Assembly: GCA_902805975.1 (NCBI GenBank) | Contig: CADCUT010000208.1 | Coordinates: forward strand, 1,517 to 65,516 | DNA: 64,000 bases | Direction of reading: 5' to 3' | From: an uncultured Rubrobacteraceae bacterium | GTDB lineage: Bacteria; Actinomycetota; Rubrobacteria; Rubrobacterales; Rubrobacteraceae | Shown here: positions 29,039 through 38,661 of the stretch, piece after piece | How the letters are laid out: each line of letters begins with the position of its first letter | Position numbering within the stretch: the first letter of the stretch is position 1 | Translations under genes and position numbers: made by a program | The notes under the pieces: generated by a model | The model's database searches: none | What the model was told of the DNA's origin: nothing | What the model saw: the letters and a program-made list of their open reading frames with translations, nothing else

Positions 29039-29806
29039 CTACTCGGGCGTAACGTATGCCCCGGAGAGGCCGCCGTCAACCAGGAAGGTCGAGGCGTTCA
29101 TGTACGAGGACTCATCAGAGGCGAGGAAGAGGGCGGCGTTGGCGATCTCGACGGCCTCGGCGAAACGCCCCATCGGCAGGTGGACGAGCCTCCTGGCCGC
29201 CTTCTCCGGGTCCTTGGCGAAAAGCTCCTGCAACAGCGGCGTGTTGACGGGTCCCGGGCAGAGCGCGTTCACCCTCACCCCCTGGCGGGCGAACTGGACG
29301 CCGAGCTCGCGGCTCATGGCGAGGACGCCGCCCTTGGAGGCGGTGTAGGAGATCTGGGACGTTGCAGCCCCCATCACGGCCACGAACGATGCCGTGTTTA
29401 TGACAGAACCCCCGCCCCGCTCCAGCAGGCGCGGTATCCCGTGCTTGCAGCAGAGGTAGACGGACTTGAGGTTCACGTTCTGGACGCGCTCCCAGGCGTC
29501 CATCTCGGTCTCCAGGATAGAGTCGTCGTCCGGCGGGGAGATGCCCGCGTTGTTGAAGAGGACGTCGATACCCCCGAAGTGCTCCGACGCCTCCCGGTAC
29601 ATCCGCTGCACGTCGCCCGCGTCCGTCACGTCCGCGTGAATGTAGAGGCCTTCGAGCCGCCCCGCCACCTCTTCGCCCGTCCCGTCGTTGAGGTCCACGA
29701 CCACGACCTTCGCGCCCTCCTCGGCGAAGCGGCGGGCCGTCTCGCGGCCGATGCCGCTGGCAGCACCCGTTATGACCGCTACCTTGTCCTCGAGGCGACC
29801 CGGCAT
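29039..29806 (-). CDS. SDR dehydrogenase of the gamma-glutamylation operon
   Basis: TGAASGIG, NNAGI, YTASKGG, NALCPGP. Confidence 0.9.
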   Translation of the reverse strand: MPGRLEDKVAVITGAASGIGRETARRFAEEGAKVVVVDLNDGTGEEVAGRLEGLYIHADVTDAGDVQRMYREASEHFGGIDVLFNNAGISPPDDDSILETEMDAWERVQNVNLKSVYLCCKHGIPRLLERGGGSVINTASFVAVMGAATSQISYTASKGGVLAMSRELGVQFARQGVRVNALCPGPVNTPLLQELFAKDPEKAARRLVHLPMGRFAEAVEIANAALFLASDESSYMNASTFLVDGGLSGAYVTPE

Positions 29807-29807
29807 G

Positions 29808-31169
29808 CTAGTTCCCCCCCGTCGAGATGTAGACGTTCTTGACCTCGGTGTAGTGGTCGAGGGCGTGGGGGCCGAGCTCGCGGCCGACGCCGGACTGCTT
29901 GAAGCCGCCAAACGGGGTGGCGACCCGGACGGAGGTGTTCGAGTTTATGGAGAGGACGCCCGTCTCGACGCGGCGCGCCACGCGCAGGGCCTTGGCACCG
30001 TTCTCCGTCCAGACCGAGCCGGAGAGGCCGTAGGGGGTGTCGTTCGCCTGGCGGACGGCGTCGTCCTCGTCGTCGAACGGGATCACGGCGACCACGGGGC
30101 CGAAGATCTCTTCTCGGGCAGCTTTATCCTCGTTCGAGACCGGAGCCAGCACCGTCGGCGGGAACCAGAAACCCGGGCCCTCGGGGGACCGGCCCCGGAT
30201 CGCCACGGGCGCGTCGTCCGGCACGTAGGCGGCGACCCGCTCCCGATGGTCTGAGGAGATGAGCGGGCCCATCTCCGTCTCCCCGTCGAGCGGGTCGCCC
30301 ACGCGCAGGCCCTCCACGGCGGGCTTCATGAGATCCAGGAACTCGTCGAAGACGTCCTTCTGGACGAGGATGCGGGAGCGGGCGCAGCAGTCCTGGCCGG
30401 CGTTGCCGAAGACGGCCATGGGCGCGGAGGCTGCGGCCCTCTCGAGGTCAGCATCGGCGAAGACGACGTTGGCGGACTTGCCGCCGAGTTCCAGGGTGAC
30501 GCGCTTGATGGTGCCCGAGGCGCCGGCCATGATCCCACGCCCCACCGCCGTCGAACCCGTAAACGCGACCTTCGCCACGTCCTCGTGCTCGACGAGCCTC
30601 TGTCCCACCACGCTGCCGGGCCCGACGAGGACGTTCACCACGCCCTCAGGTATGCCGGCCTCCAACGCGATCCGCTCGAACTCCAGCGCCGTGAGCGGGG
30701 TTAGCTCTGCGGGCTTGAGCACCACCGTGTTGCCCGCCGCCAGCGCGGGCGCCATCTTCCAGCTCGCGATGGTGAGGGGGAAGTTCCACGGCACAATCAG
30801 GCCTACCACGCCCAGCGGCTCCCGGAAAGTAACGTCCACGCCGCCCGAGACCGGGATGGTGTCACCGAGCATCCTCTCCGGCATCCCGGCGTAGTAATGG
30901 AAGGTGTCGGCCACCATCCCCATCTCGCCGCGGGCGTCGTTTATGGGCTTGCCCGTGTCCCTGGATTCGAGCTGGGCCAGGTTCTCCTGTTCGGCTTCGA
31001 GCGCGGCGGCGAGGCGGCGCAGGAGGCGGGATCGGTCGGCGGGCGCGACGTCGCGCCATGCCGGGAAGGCCTTCTTCGCGCGGGCGACGGCCCTGTCGGC
31101 GTCTTCGGCGGTGGCGGGTTCGATGCGTTCGACCACCTCTTCGGTGGCGGGGTTCAGGATCTCCAGCAA
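29808..31169 (-). CDS. Aldehyde dehydrogenase (gamma-glutamyl-aminoaldehyde dehydrogenase-like)
   Basis: VPWNFP, FTGST, LELGGKS, NAGQDC, EEIFGPV. Confidence 0.92.
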   Translation of the reverse strand: MLEILNPATEEVVERIEPATAEDADRAVARAKKAFPAWRDVAPADRSRLLRRLAAALEAEQENLAQLESRDTGKPINDARGEMGMVADTFHYYAGMPERMLGDTIPVSGGVDVTFREPLGVVGLIVPWNFPLTIASWKMAPALAAGNTVVLKPAELTPLTALEFERIALEAGIPEGVVNVLVGPGSVVGQRLVEHEDVAKVAFTGSTAVGRGIMAGASGTIKRVTLELGGKSANVVFADADLERAAASAPMAVFGNAGQDCCARSRILVQKDVFDEFLDLMKPAVEGLRVGDPLDGETEMGPLISSDHRERVAAYVPDDAPVAIRGRSPEGPGFWFPPTVLAPVSNEDKAAREEIFGPVVAVIPFDDEDDAVRQANDTPYGLSGSVWTENGAKALRVARRVETGVLSINSNTSVRVATPFGGFKQSGVGRELGPHALDHYTEVKNVYISTGGN

Positions 31170-31892
31170 CTACGATACCTCCAGAACTAGGGCTTGGATG
31201 AGTTGGCTCTTCTCGTCTTCTTCTGGATGCCACAGCACCCCGAGCACGAACGGGCAGGAAGGGTCCTCTATGGCCTCCACCGCGTCGTCCTCGGACCGGC
31301 CGGTCACGACCAGGCCATCGCCAACGTCCCTTATACCCTGGTGGTGGTGGGACTTCACGGGCGACCTCTCGGACCCGACGGCGCGGGCGGCGAGGGAGCC
31401 GGGGTCGAGCCTGACCTCGTGGTCAGCGAAGGTGCCAGGGGTGTGGCGGTGGTCCTCGTGGCCGAGCACGTCGGGGAGGTGCTGCTCAAGGCCGCCCCCG
31501 TAGGTGACGTTCAGGACGTGCATCCCGCGGCAGATGCCTAGAATGGGCATCCTGCGGCCTATCGCGGCGCGCACCAGCGCTAGCTCGTAGGCGTCGCGCT
31601 CGTGCTGCACGGGGCCGGTCTCCGGGTGCGGCTCCTGGCCGTAGAGGTCGGGGTCGAGGTCGCCGGCGCCGCCCGTCAGGATCAGGGCGTCCAGGAGATC
31701 CAGCAGCCCGTCCGGCTCCCTCGCGTCCTCCTCGTCCGGCGGCAGCAGGACGGGCCTGCCGCCGGCCCGCTGCACGGCGCGCACGTAGTTCGCCGGGCTG
31801 AGATAGGCCGGCATCTCCTTCCACACGCCGTAGTTGACGCTCTCGGTGGCGGCGGTGATGCCGACGGTCGGGCGGCCGTTTTTCCCGCTCAC
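31170..31892 (-). CDS. puuD: Gamma-glutamyl-gamma-aminobutyrate hydrolase family (peptidase C26)
   Basis: GICRG nucleophile, SHHHQ, WHPE; GTG overlaps the upstream stop. Confidence 0.88.
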   Translation of the reverse strand: MSGKNGRPTVGITAATESVNYGVWKEMPAYLSPANYVRAVQRAGGRPVLLPPDEEDAREPDGLLDLLDALILTGGAGDLDPDLYGQEPHPETGPVQHERDAYELALVRAAIGRRMPILGICRGMHVLNVTYGGGLEQHLPDVLGHEDHRHTPGTFADHEVRLDPGSLAARAVGSERSPVKSHHHQGIRDVGDGLVVTGRSEDDAVEAIEDPSCPFVLGVLWHPEEDEKSQLIQALVLEVS

Positions 31893-33250
31893 AGACGCTC
31901 GAAGTTCCGGTAGCGCTCCCAATCGGTAACGGCGGACTCGTAGGCCTCTATCTCGACCCGCGCCGCGTTGAGGTAGTGACCTACGACCTCCTCCCCAAAC
32001 GCCTCCCTCGCCACGTCGCTCGCGGCGAAGAGGTCCCTGGCCTCCTTGAGGCTCGTCGGGACGTGGGGCTTATCCGTCTCGTAGGCGTTCCCGGCGAACT
32101 CGTCCTCCAGGGAGAGCTCGTTCTCTATGCCGTGCAGGCCGGCGGCGATCATGGCAGAGATGGCCAGGTAGGGGTTCACGTCCCCGCCGGGGATGCGGTT
32201 CTCGACCCGCAGGGAAGGCCCGTGCCCGACGACGCGTAAAGAACACGTGCGGTTATCCCGGCCCCACGCGACGGCGGTCGGGGCGAAGGAGCCCTTGGCG
32301 TAGCGCTTGTAGGAGTTGATGTTCGGGGCGAAGAGGGGCATCAGCTCGCGCAGGCAGGCGACCTGGCCGGCGAGGAAGTGCTGGAAGGTGTCGGAGAAGC
32401 CGTGGCCGTCGGCGAAGACCGGGGCCCCGTCCTCGCCACGGAGGCTCAGGTGGATGTGGCAGGAGTTGCCCTCGCGCTCGTCGAACTTGGGCATAAAGGT
32501 GATGGAGCAGCCCTCTTGCGAAGCGATCTCCTTGGCGCCGTTCTTGTAGATCGCGTGCCCGTCGGCGGTGGCGAGGGCCTTGTCGAACTTGAAGTTGATC
32601 TCGTGCTGCCCGAAGTTGCACTCGCCCTTGGCGTCCTCCACCGCGAGCCCCGCAGCCCCCATAGTGTTCCGGATGCGCCTCAGCAACGGCTCGATCCTGG
32701 CGGTGCCGAGCAGCGAGTAATCCACGTTGTAGAGGTTGGCGGGATCGAGGTCCTTGTAGCCCTTGCGCCACGCCTCCTCGTAGGTGTCCATAAAGACTAT
32801 GAACTCGAGCTCCGTGCCCACGAAGGCCTCGAGGCCGCGCCCGGCGAGGCGCATCAACTGGCGCTTGAGGATCTGGCGCGGCGAGGCCACGACAGGGGAT
32901 CCATCCTCCCATACGAGGTCGCACGTGACCATCGCCGTCCCCTCCTGCCAGGGCACTACCCGCAAAGTGTCCATGTCCGGCTTGAAGACGAAGTCCCCGT
33001 AGCCGCGCTCCCAGGAGCTCATCGTGTAGCCCTCGACGGTGTTCATCTCGACGTCGACGGCTAGCAGGTAGTTGCACCCCTCGGCGTCGTGCTCGACGAC
33101 CTCGTCGAGAAAGTGCGTGGCCGTCAGGCGCTTGCCCTGCAGGCGGCCCTGCATGTCCGTCATCGCTATGAGGACGGTGTCTATCCGCCCGGCGTCGACC
33201 TCGGCGCTCAGGGTGTCGAGGTCGAGGTGCCCCTTTGGTCTGGTCTCCAT
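31889..33250 (-). CDS. Glutamine synthetase-like gamma-glutamyl-amine ligase (GlnA4/PuuA-like)
   Basis: DMQGRLQGKR, GTELEF, E...GQHEINF, GNSCHIH, WG.DNRT, ENRIPGGD.NPYL. Confidence 0.9.
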   Translation of the reverse strand: METRPKGHLDLDTLSAEVDAGRIDTVLIAMTDMQGRLQGKRLTATHFLDEVVEHDAEGCNYLLAVDVEMNTVEGYTMSSWERGYGDFVFKPDMDTLRVVPWQEGTAMVTCDLVWEDGSPVVASPRQILKRQLMRLAGRGLEAFVGTELEFIVFMDTYEEAWRKGYKDLDPANLYNVDYSLLGTARIEPLLRRIRNTMGAAGLAVEDAKGECNFGQHEINFKFDKALATADGHAIYKNGAKEIASQEGCSITFMPKFDEREGNSCHIHLSLRGEDGAPVFADGHGFSDTFQHFLAGQVACLRELMPLFAPNINSYKRYAKGSFAPTAVAWGRDNRTCSLRVVGHGPSLRVENRIPGGDVNPYLAISAMIAAGLHGIENELSLEDEFAGNAYETDKPHVPTSLKEARDLFAASDVAREAFGEEVVGHYLNAARVEIEAYESAVTDWERYRNFERL

Positions 33251-33260
33251 GGTTTCCTTT

Positions 33261-34721
33261 CTAGCTTCCGGCCAGCTCGGCTTCGGCCTTCTCGATGGTC
33301 GCGAACTCTTCCTCCGGGGCCTGGGCCACGAGATGGTGGCGGCTGTAGAGGAGGAAGTAGACGATAAAGAGCGCGTAGATGCCGAGCATTATGAGGGCCG
33401 CGTTGCGGTCCACGATAAACGTCGCCACCACGGCCGCGAGCGCCAGGACGAGCGCGATGCCTGAGGTGACGGTGCCCCCTGGCGTGCGGTACGGCCGTTC
33501 GAGGTCGGGCTCGCGGCGCCGGAGGACTATGTGGGAGAGCATCATAAGGGCGTAGCTTACCGTGGCACCGAAGACGGCGATGTTGATGAGCGTGGCCCCG
33601 TTGACGGTGAGGGCGAGCAAGAAGCCGATGATGCCGGGCACGATCAGGGCGACCCACGGGGTCCTGCGGGTCCCTGTCAGGGAGAGCACCTTCGGCAGGT
33701 AGCCGGCCCGGGAGAGCGCGAACATCTGGCGGGAGTAGGCGAAGATGATGGAGAAGAACGACGCTATAAGCCCCGCGAGCCCCGCCACGTTGACGATGGC
33801 GCCGAGCGTGGTGGTGCCGCCGTAGGCCTCCTCCAGCGCCAGCGGCAGCACGGAGGGTGCTGCGAGCATCTCGTCTGTCGTGAAGGCAGACGAACCCGCG
33901 CCGCCGGGGCCGAAGAAGAGGACGAGCACCGCGAACAGGAGCAGCGCCGCCATGCCGCCGATGAGCCCCTTGGGCATGTCGCGCTGGGGGTCGCGGGTCT
34001 CCTCCGCGGCGAGCGGAACGCCCTCGATGGCGAGGAAGAACCAGATCGCAAACGGGAAAGCCGCCCATATCCCCACGAACCCGAGCGGCAGGAACGAGCT
34101 CGCCCCCGCCGCGTTCGTCGCCTCTATGGTGAACAGGTTCGACACCTCGAACTGCGGGATCATGCCCACGATAAACACCGCGAGCGCCAGAACGGCGATC
34201 ACGGTTATGGCGAACATGAGCTTGAGCGCCTCCCCGACCCCGTAGAGGTGGATGCCGACGAAGATCGCATAGCACGCCAGGTAGACGACCCATCCCCCCC
34301 CCCCGATGAGCGTGTCCATGTACCCGCCGATAAACGTCGCGATGGCCGCAGGCGCCACGGCGTACTCGATGAGGATCGCCGTCCCCGTCGCGAACCCGCC
34401 CAGAGGCCCGAGAGCCCGCCGCGCAAACCCGTACCCTCCCCCGGCCGTGGGTATCGTGGATGACAACTCGGCCAGCGAGAACACCATCGCCACGTACATC
34501 GTCGCCATCAGCAGCGTCGCGATGAACAGCCCGCCCCACCCGCCCTCGGAGAGCCCGAAGTGCCACCCCGCGAAATCCCCCGAGATAACGTAAGCGACCC
34601 CGAGCCCCGCGAGGAGAACCCAGCCGGCAGCCCCCCCCTGCAACTGCCGCTGGTCCATGTAATCGGACCCGACGTTCTCGTACTCGACCCCCTGACGACT
34701 CCTGCGCTCCGACTCGCTCAC
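33261..34721 (-). CDS. eat: Ethanolamine permease (APC family)
   Basis: GLGVAYVISGDFAGW, AELSS.IPTAGGGYGFARRA, PFAIWFFLAIEG, APEEEF C-terminus. Confidence 0.88.
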   Translation of the reverse strand: MSESERRSRQGVEYENVGSDYMDQRQLQGGAAGWVLLAGLGVAYVISGDFAGWHFGLSEGGWGGLFIATLLMATMYVAMVFSLAELSSTIPTAGGGYGFARRALGPLGGFATGTAILIEYAVAPAAIATFIGGYMDTLIGGGGWVVYLACYAIFVGIHLYGVGEALKLMFAITVIAVLALAVFIVGMIPQFEVSNLFTIEATNAAGASSFLPLGFVGIWAAFPFAIWFFLAIEGVPLAAEETRDPQRDMPKGLIGGMAALLLFAVLVLFFGPGGAGSSAFTTDEMLAAPSVLPLALEEAYGGTTTLGAIVNVAGLAGLIASFFSIIFAYSRQMFALSRAGYLPKVLSLTGTRRTPWVALIVPGIIGFLLALTVNGATLINIAVFGATVSYALMMLSHIVLRRREPDLERPYRTPGGTVTSGIALVLALAAVVATFIVDRNAALIMLGIYALFIVYFLLYSRHHLVAQAPEEEFATIEKAEAELAGS

Positions 34722-34824
34722 CCCGAACTCCTCTCCCGCGGATGTCCTAACACCCTGGCACGATGCTCACAAACGCATCATAATTAATACCAATTCGTCA
34801 TACAAGGGGTCTGGAGGTCTCCCT

Positions 34825-35607
34825 ATCGGGCGTGGGACGGGAGGCAGGTCGCGCAAGAGGACGCCGCTGTACCTGCAGGTCGAGCGGCGGATAGAGGACC
34901 TGCTGCTCAGGGGGCGGTACAAGGCCGGCGACCGCATACCGCCAGAGGCCGAGCTTATAGGCACCCTTGGCGTCTCCCGGGTGACGGTGCGCGCGGGGCT
35001 GGCGCGGCTCGTCGAGCGCGGTTTGCTGGACCGCCGCCAGGGGAGCGGGACGTTCCTCGTGCGCCCGCCGGACGGGGCGCGGCTCCGCTCAGGGCTGGAG
35101 AAGCTCGAGACCTACACCGTCCACGCCGAGCGGCTGGGCGTCAGGCTCGCGAGCGCGGGCCTGGAGATAGAAGAGGTCGGAGCGGGCCCAGACGAGGCGG
35201 GGGCGTTGGAGGTCGAGGAGGGCGGCCCGCTCGTAAGGGTCTCGCGCGTCCTGCTCATGGAGGGCGCCCCGGCCGCCTGGATGGTGGACCACGTGCCTGC
35301 AGACGTCGTGGGGGTGGAGAGGGTGCGCGAGCTTTTCCGCCCCGACGCCATGCTCCTCGACCTCCTCGTCTCCGAAGGCGTCCCCGTGGGCTCCTCCCAG
35401 ATGTCCATAGAGGCCGTCATGATCGGCCCCGAGGACGCCGTCGGCGCGAAGCTGGAGCTCGAAAGACCCACGGCCGCCCTCTCGCTGGCCCAGACCATGT
35501 ACCTCGTGGACGGACGCCCCGTCCAGCGCTCCCACGACACCTTCCTGCCGGGCAAGCTCAACCTGCACGTGGTCAGGGAGCTCTTCGAGGTCAGAAAGCT
35601 GGGGTAG
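34825..35607 (+). CDS. GntR family (HutC/UTRA) regulator; start probably ATC
   Basis: Frame is open upstream of the ORF-track start: TPLYLQVERRIED...IPPEAELIGTLGVSRVTVRAGL..L...G...RRQGSGTF; GGAGGT 6 nt before ATC 34825. Confidence 0.88.
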   Translation: MGRGTGGRSRKRTPLYLQVERRIEDLLLRGRYKAGDRIPPEAELIGTLGVSRVTVRAGLARLVERGLLDRRQGSGTFLVRPPDGARLRSGLEKLETYTVHAERLGVRLASAGLEIEEVGAGPDEAGALEVEEGGPLVRVSRVLLMEGAPAAWMVDHVPADVVGVERVRELFRPDAMLLDLLVSEGVPVGSSQMSIEAVMIGPEDAVGAKLELERPTAALSLAQTMYLVDGRPVQRSHDTFLPGKLNLHVVRELFEVRKLG

Positions 35608-35636
35608 AGGCTACAGGCATCAGGTTTCAGGTATCT
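35608..35636 (+). repeat. Heptamer tandem array after the GntR stop
   Basis: GCTACAG GCATCAG GTTTCAG GTATC. Confidence 0.65.
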
Positions 35637-35685
35637 CGGAGAGAAGTCGCCGCGAACCCGTTGTCCCCGCGGTGCCGGGCGTGGT

Positions 35686-36570
35686 TCAGGCGCTGCGGGT
35701 CGTCGCAGGCAGCCAGGCATCGACGTTGTCGCGGGCGTAGTCGGCGAAGGAGATCGGGGGCCGCCCGAGTACGCGTCCGACGGAGTCGTCTATGGCAGCA
35801 CTCCAACCGGCGCTTATGCCCCCGAATAGCCCCATCATCATGTCCGCGTAGTCTCCCGGCATCCCCCACTCGACCATCACCCGCCGCATCGTCTCGGGCT
35901 CCACGTCCACGTGGCGCACCTCCCTGCCAACCGTCGTCCCGATGGTCTCTGCCGCCTCGCCGAAGGTCAGGGCCCGCCCGCCGGTGAGCGCGTACCCGGC
36001 GCCTTCGTGGCCCTCCTCCACGAGCGCCGCGGCGGCGACGGCCGCGATGTCGCGGGAGTCGATAAAGCTTACGGCCGCGCTACCGGTGGGCGCGGGGAGC
36101 TCCCCCCGTTCGATGATGGGTGCCAGAAAGAAGCTCTCGCTGAAGTTCTGCATAAACCAGTTCGGGCGCAGGATCGTCCACCCGGCGCCGCTCCCCATAA
36201 CGGAGAGCTCGATCTTGCGCAGCCCCACCTCCTCGGGGGCCGCGTCGACCCCCATGGCGGAGAGGTGCACGATCCTGCGCACGCCGCCATCTACGGCCCG
36301 CCTCAAAAACGGAACCACCTGCCCGCTCGCGTCGGCGACGAGGGCCGGGGGCACGAGGTAGAGGCTCCCGACGCCCTCCAGGGCCGCCGCGTGCGTCTCG
36401 GGACGCGCCCAGTCGAACTCGACCGCCTCCGCCCCACCGCCCGCCGGCCTCCCGGGATGCCGGCTCGCCGCCCGCACGGGCACGCCCCCCTCGGCCAGCA
36501 GACGCACCAGCTCCCGCCCCGTCTTGCCCGTGCCGCCGGTGACGAGCACCCTCTCGTTCGCCTTCTCCAC
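35686..36570 (-). CDS. NmrA-like NAD(P)H-binding protein
   Basis: VTGGTGKTG, FDW, LRPNWFMQNF, FID.RDIA. Confidence 0.88.
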   Translation of the reverse strand: MEKANERVLVTGGTGKTGRELVRLLAEGGVPVRAASRHPGRPAGGGAEAVEFDWARPETHAAALEGVGSLYLVPPALVADASGQVVPFLRRAVDGGVRRIVHLSAMGVDAAPEEVGLRKIELSVMGSGAGWTILRPNWFMQNFSESFFLAPIIERGELPAPTGSAAVSFIDSRDIAAVAAAALVEEGHEGAGYALTGGRALTFGEAAETIGTTVGREVRHVDVEPETMRRVMVEWGMPGDYADMMMGLFGGISAGWSAAIDDSVGRVLGRPPISFADYARDNVDAWLPATTRSA

Positions 36571-36723
36571 GTCCGCCTCTTCCTCTCGGGCCCCCCTCGC
36601 GGGAACCTTCAGAGAGATGCTATTCGTCCTCCGGGGGTCCTTCCATGCCGTTTTTGCTTCCGTTTATGTCCGTTCGTCTCGCGCGCGCCCACCGCCGGGG
36701 CCGGGGTGGGGTAGAGTCTGGGC

Positions 36724-37716
36724 ATGGTGGACGTGCTAACGGACGTGTTGGCGGCGGCGAGGGTCGGTGGTGCGATCTTCGCCCGGAGCGAGGCCCGCGC
36801 GCCCTGGGGTCTGCACTTCGCGGGGTCCAGGCTCGCGGCCTTCCACGTCGTCTCCCACGGGACCTGCTGGCTGCGTCTGGATGCCACGAACGCCCGCCCG
36901 GGTGGCGAGCCGGTCCGGTTACGGGCCGGCGACGTGGTGTTCCTGGCGCAGGGAACCGGGCACGTGCTCTCCGACGGTCCTGCGACGCCGGCGGTGGAGT
37001 TCGCGGCCCTGGCCCGGCACGAAGAGGAAGGCGGGCCGGCCGCCGGGGTGCGGGCGGGTGGCACGGGTCCGGCCACGGGGCTCGTCTGCGGCGCCTACGC
37101 GTTCGACGCGGACGGGCCTCACCCATTCCTAAAGTCGCTGCCGGAGTTGATCCACCTGCCGGCGGAGTCGTTGTCGTCCGGCGGGACCCTCGGGGCGACG
37201 GTGCGGCTGCTCTGCGGGGAGGTCGAGGCGCGGGATCCCGGCGCGCAGGCGGTCGTCGACAGGCTCGTGGACGTGCTCCTGATCTACGTCCTCAGGGAGT
37301 GGCTGGGGCGGCAGGAGGAGGGCTGTCCCGGCTGGTTCGGGGGGTTGCGGGATCCCCAGGTCGCCGGGGCGCTCTCCCTGATCCACGGTTCCCCCGGGCG
37401 GCGGTGGACCATCGCCTCCCTCGGGGCGGCGGTCGGGCTCTCGCGCGCGGCCTTCGCCCGCCGGTTCGGCGCCCTGGTGGGCGAGCCGCCGATGTCCTAC
37501 CTCGCCCGCTGGCGCATGACCCTCGCCGCCAGGGCGCTGCGCGAGCGGGAAGACCCGCTAGGGGTCATCGCGCAACAGGTGGGGTACGACTCGGAGTTCG
37601 CCTTCGCGAAGGCGTTCAAGCGCCTGCACGGGGAGGCACCCGGCAGGTACCGTATCCGGAACCGTCGCGGGGAAAGCCGGAACGAAGCGGGCGCCGCCGC
37701 GCGGACCGCGGAGTAG
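36724..37716 (+). CDS. AraC family regulator with cupin_6 domain (RclR-like)
   Basis: APWG, FH.V..G.CWL, CG.Y, WT+.SL...VGLSR..FARRF, VGY.SE.AF..AFKR. Confidence 0.92.
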   Translation: MVDVLTDVLAAARVGGAIFARSEARAPWGLHFAGSRLAAFHVVSHGTCWLRLDATNARPGGEPVRLRAGDVVFLAQGTGHVLSDGPATPAVEFAALARHEEEGGPAAGVRAGGTGPATGLVCGAYAFDADGPHPFLKSLPELIHLPAESLSSGGTLGATVRLLCGEVEARDPGAQAVVDRLVDVLLIYVLREWLGRQEEGCPGWFGGLRDPQVAGALSLIHGSPGRRWTIASLGAAVGLSRAAFARRFGALVGEPPMSYLARWRMTLAARALREREDPLGVIAQQVGYDSEFAFAKAFKRLHGEAPGRYRIRNRRGESRNEAGAAARTAE

Positions 37717-37735
37717 GCTAGATCTAACCCGGAGC

Positions 37736-38155
37736 CTACTGGTACATCTCCCCCACCTTCATCGTGCCGCGCTGGACGAGCTCTATCTTGTAGCCGTCCG
37801 GGTCCTCGATAAAGGCGATGCGGTAGTCGTTGCCCTCGGCGGTGAGGGTCTTCGGTTCGAGGGTGACGGTCACGCCCTGGTCTTTGAGGTCCCCGACGGT
37901 GGCTTCGAGGTCGTCCACGGTGAAGGCGACGTGGGCGTAGCCGTTGCCCTTGTCGTAGGGCTCGGTCTGATCGTGGTTGTGGGTGAGCTCCAGCATCGGG
38001 GAGGCCGGGTCTTCTTCCAGGGCGAAAAAGTGGTTGGTGGCGGAGCCGAGATCCATCTCGCCGACCTTCTTCATGCCGAGCTTGTTCACGTAGAAGTCCT
38101 CGCTTCTGGCGGGGTCTAGGACGCGGTAGCAGGTGTGGATAAAGGTCGCGGCCAT
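37736..38155 (-). CDS. VOC / lactoylglutathione lyase family protein
   Basis: HTCYRV, LELTHN, GYAHVAF.VDD, F+EDPDGYKIEL. Confidence 0.9.
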   Translation of the reverse strand: MAATFIHTCYRVLDPARSEDFYVNKLGMKKVGEMDLGSATNHFFALEEDPASPMLELTHNHDQTEPYDKGNGYAHVAFTVDDLEATVGDLKDQGVTVTLEPKTLTAEGNDYRIAFIEDPDGYKIELVQRGTMKVGEMYQ

Positions 38156-38292
38156 CGGGGCTCCTCCCTCTCTGTGTCGTCCGTTCCGATCGTGAAGGGT
38201 AGCATCCTGGCCCCCGGACGGGCGACCGGGGGAAACGGCCGCTGTAGACTGTGCCGGAGTGGAATCCGGCGGGTGGTAGGGAGGAGCGAATC

Positions 38293-38631
38293 TTGGGTGA
38301 GATCGGCTGGGAGGACTTCGAGAAGGTGGAGGTGAGGGCGGGGCGGATCGTCGCCGCCGAGCCGTTCCCAAAGGCGAGAAAGCCCGCGATCAAGCTCACC
38401 GTAGACTTCGGGCCGGAGATCGGGGAGAGGAGGACCAGCGCCCAGCTCACAGCCCACTACGACTCCGGGGCCCTGATAGGCAAACAGGTCGTCGCCGTCG
38501 TCAACTTCCCGCCAAAGAGGATCGCGGGCTTCAAGAGCGAGGTCCTCGTCCTCGGCGTCCCCGACGAGGCCGGCGAGGTCGTCCTCCTCTCCCCCGACAT
38601 AGAGGTGCCCGAAGGCGGGAGGATGTTCTGA
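38293..38631 (+). CDS. csaA: tRNA-binding protein / chaperone CsaA
   Basis: W.DF.KV+.R.G.I, ARKPA, SAQLT.HY, VVNFPPK.IAGF.SEVLVLG. Confidence 0.92.
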   Translation: MGEIGWEDFEKVEVRAGRIVAAEPFPKARKPAIKLTVDFGPEIGERRTSAQLTAHYDSGALIGKQVVAVVNFPPKRIAGFKSEVLVLGVPDEAGEVVLLSPDIEVPEGGRMF

Positions 38632-38661
38632 GCCTCGCCTCCGACGGGGCCGGTTGAGGGC

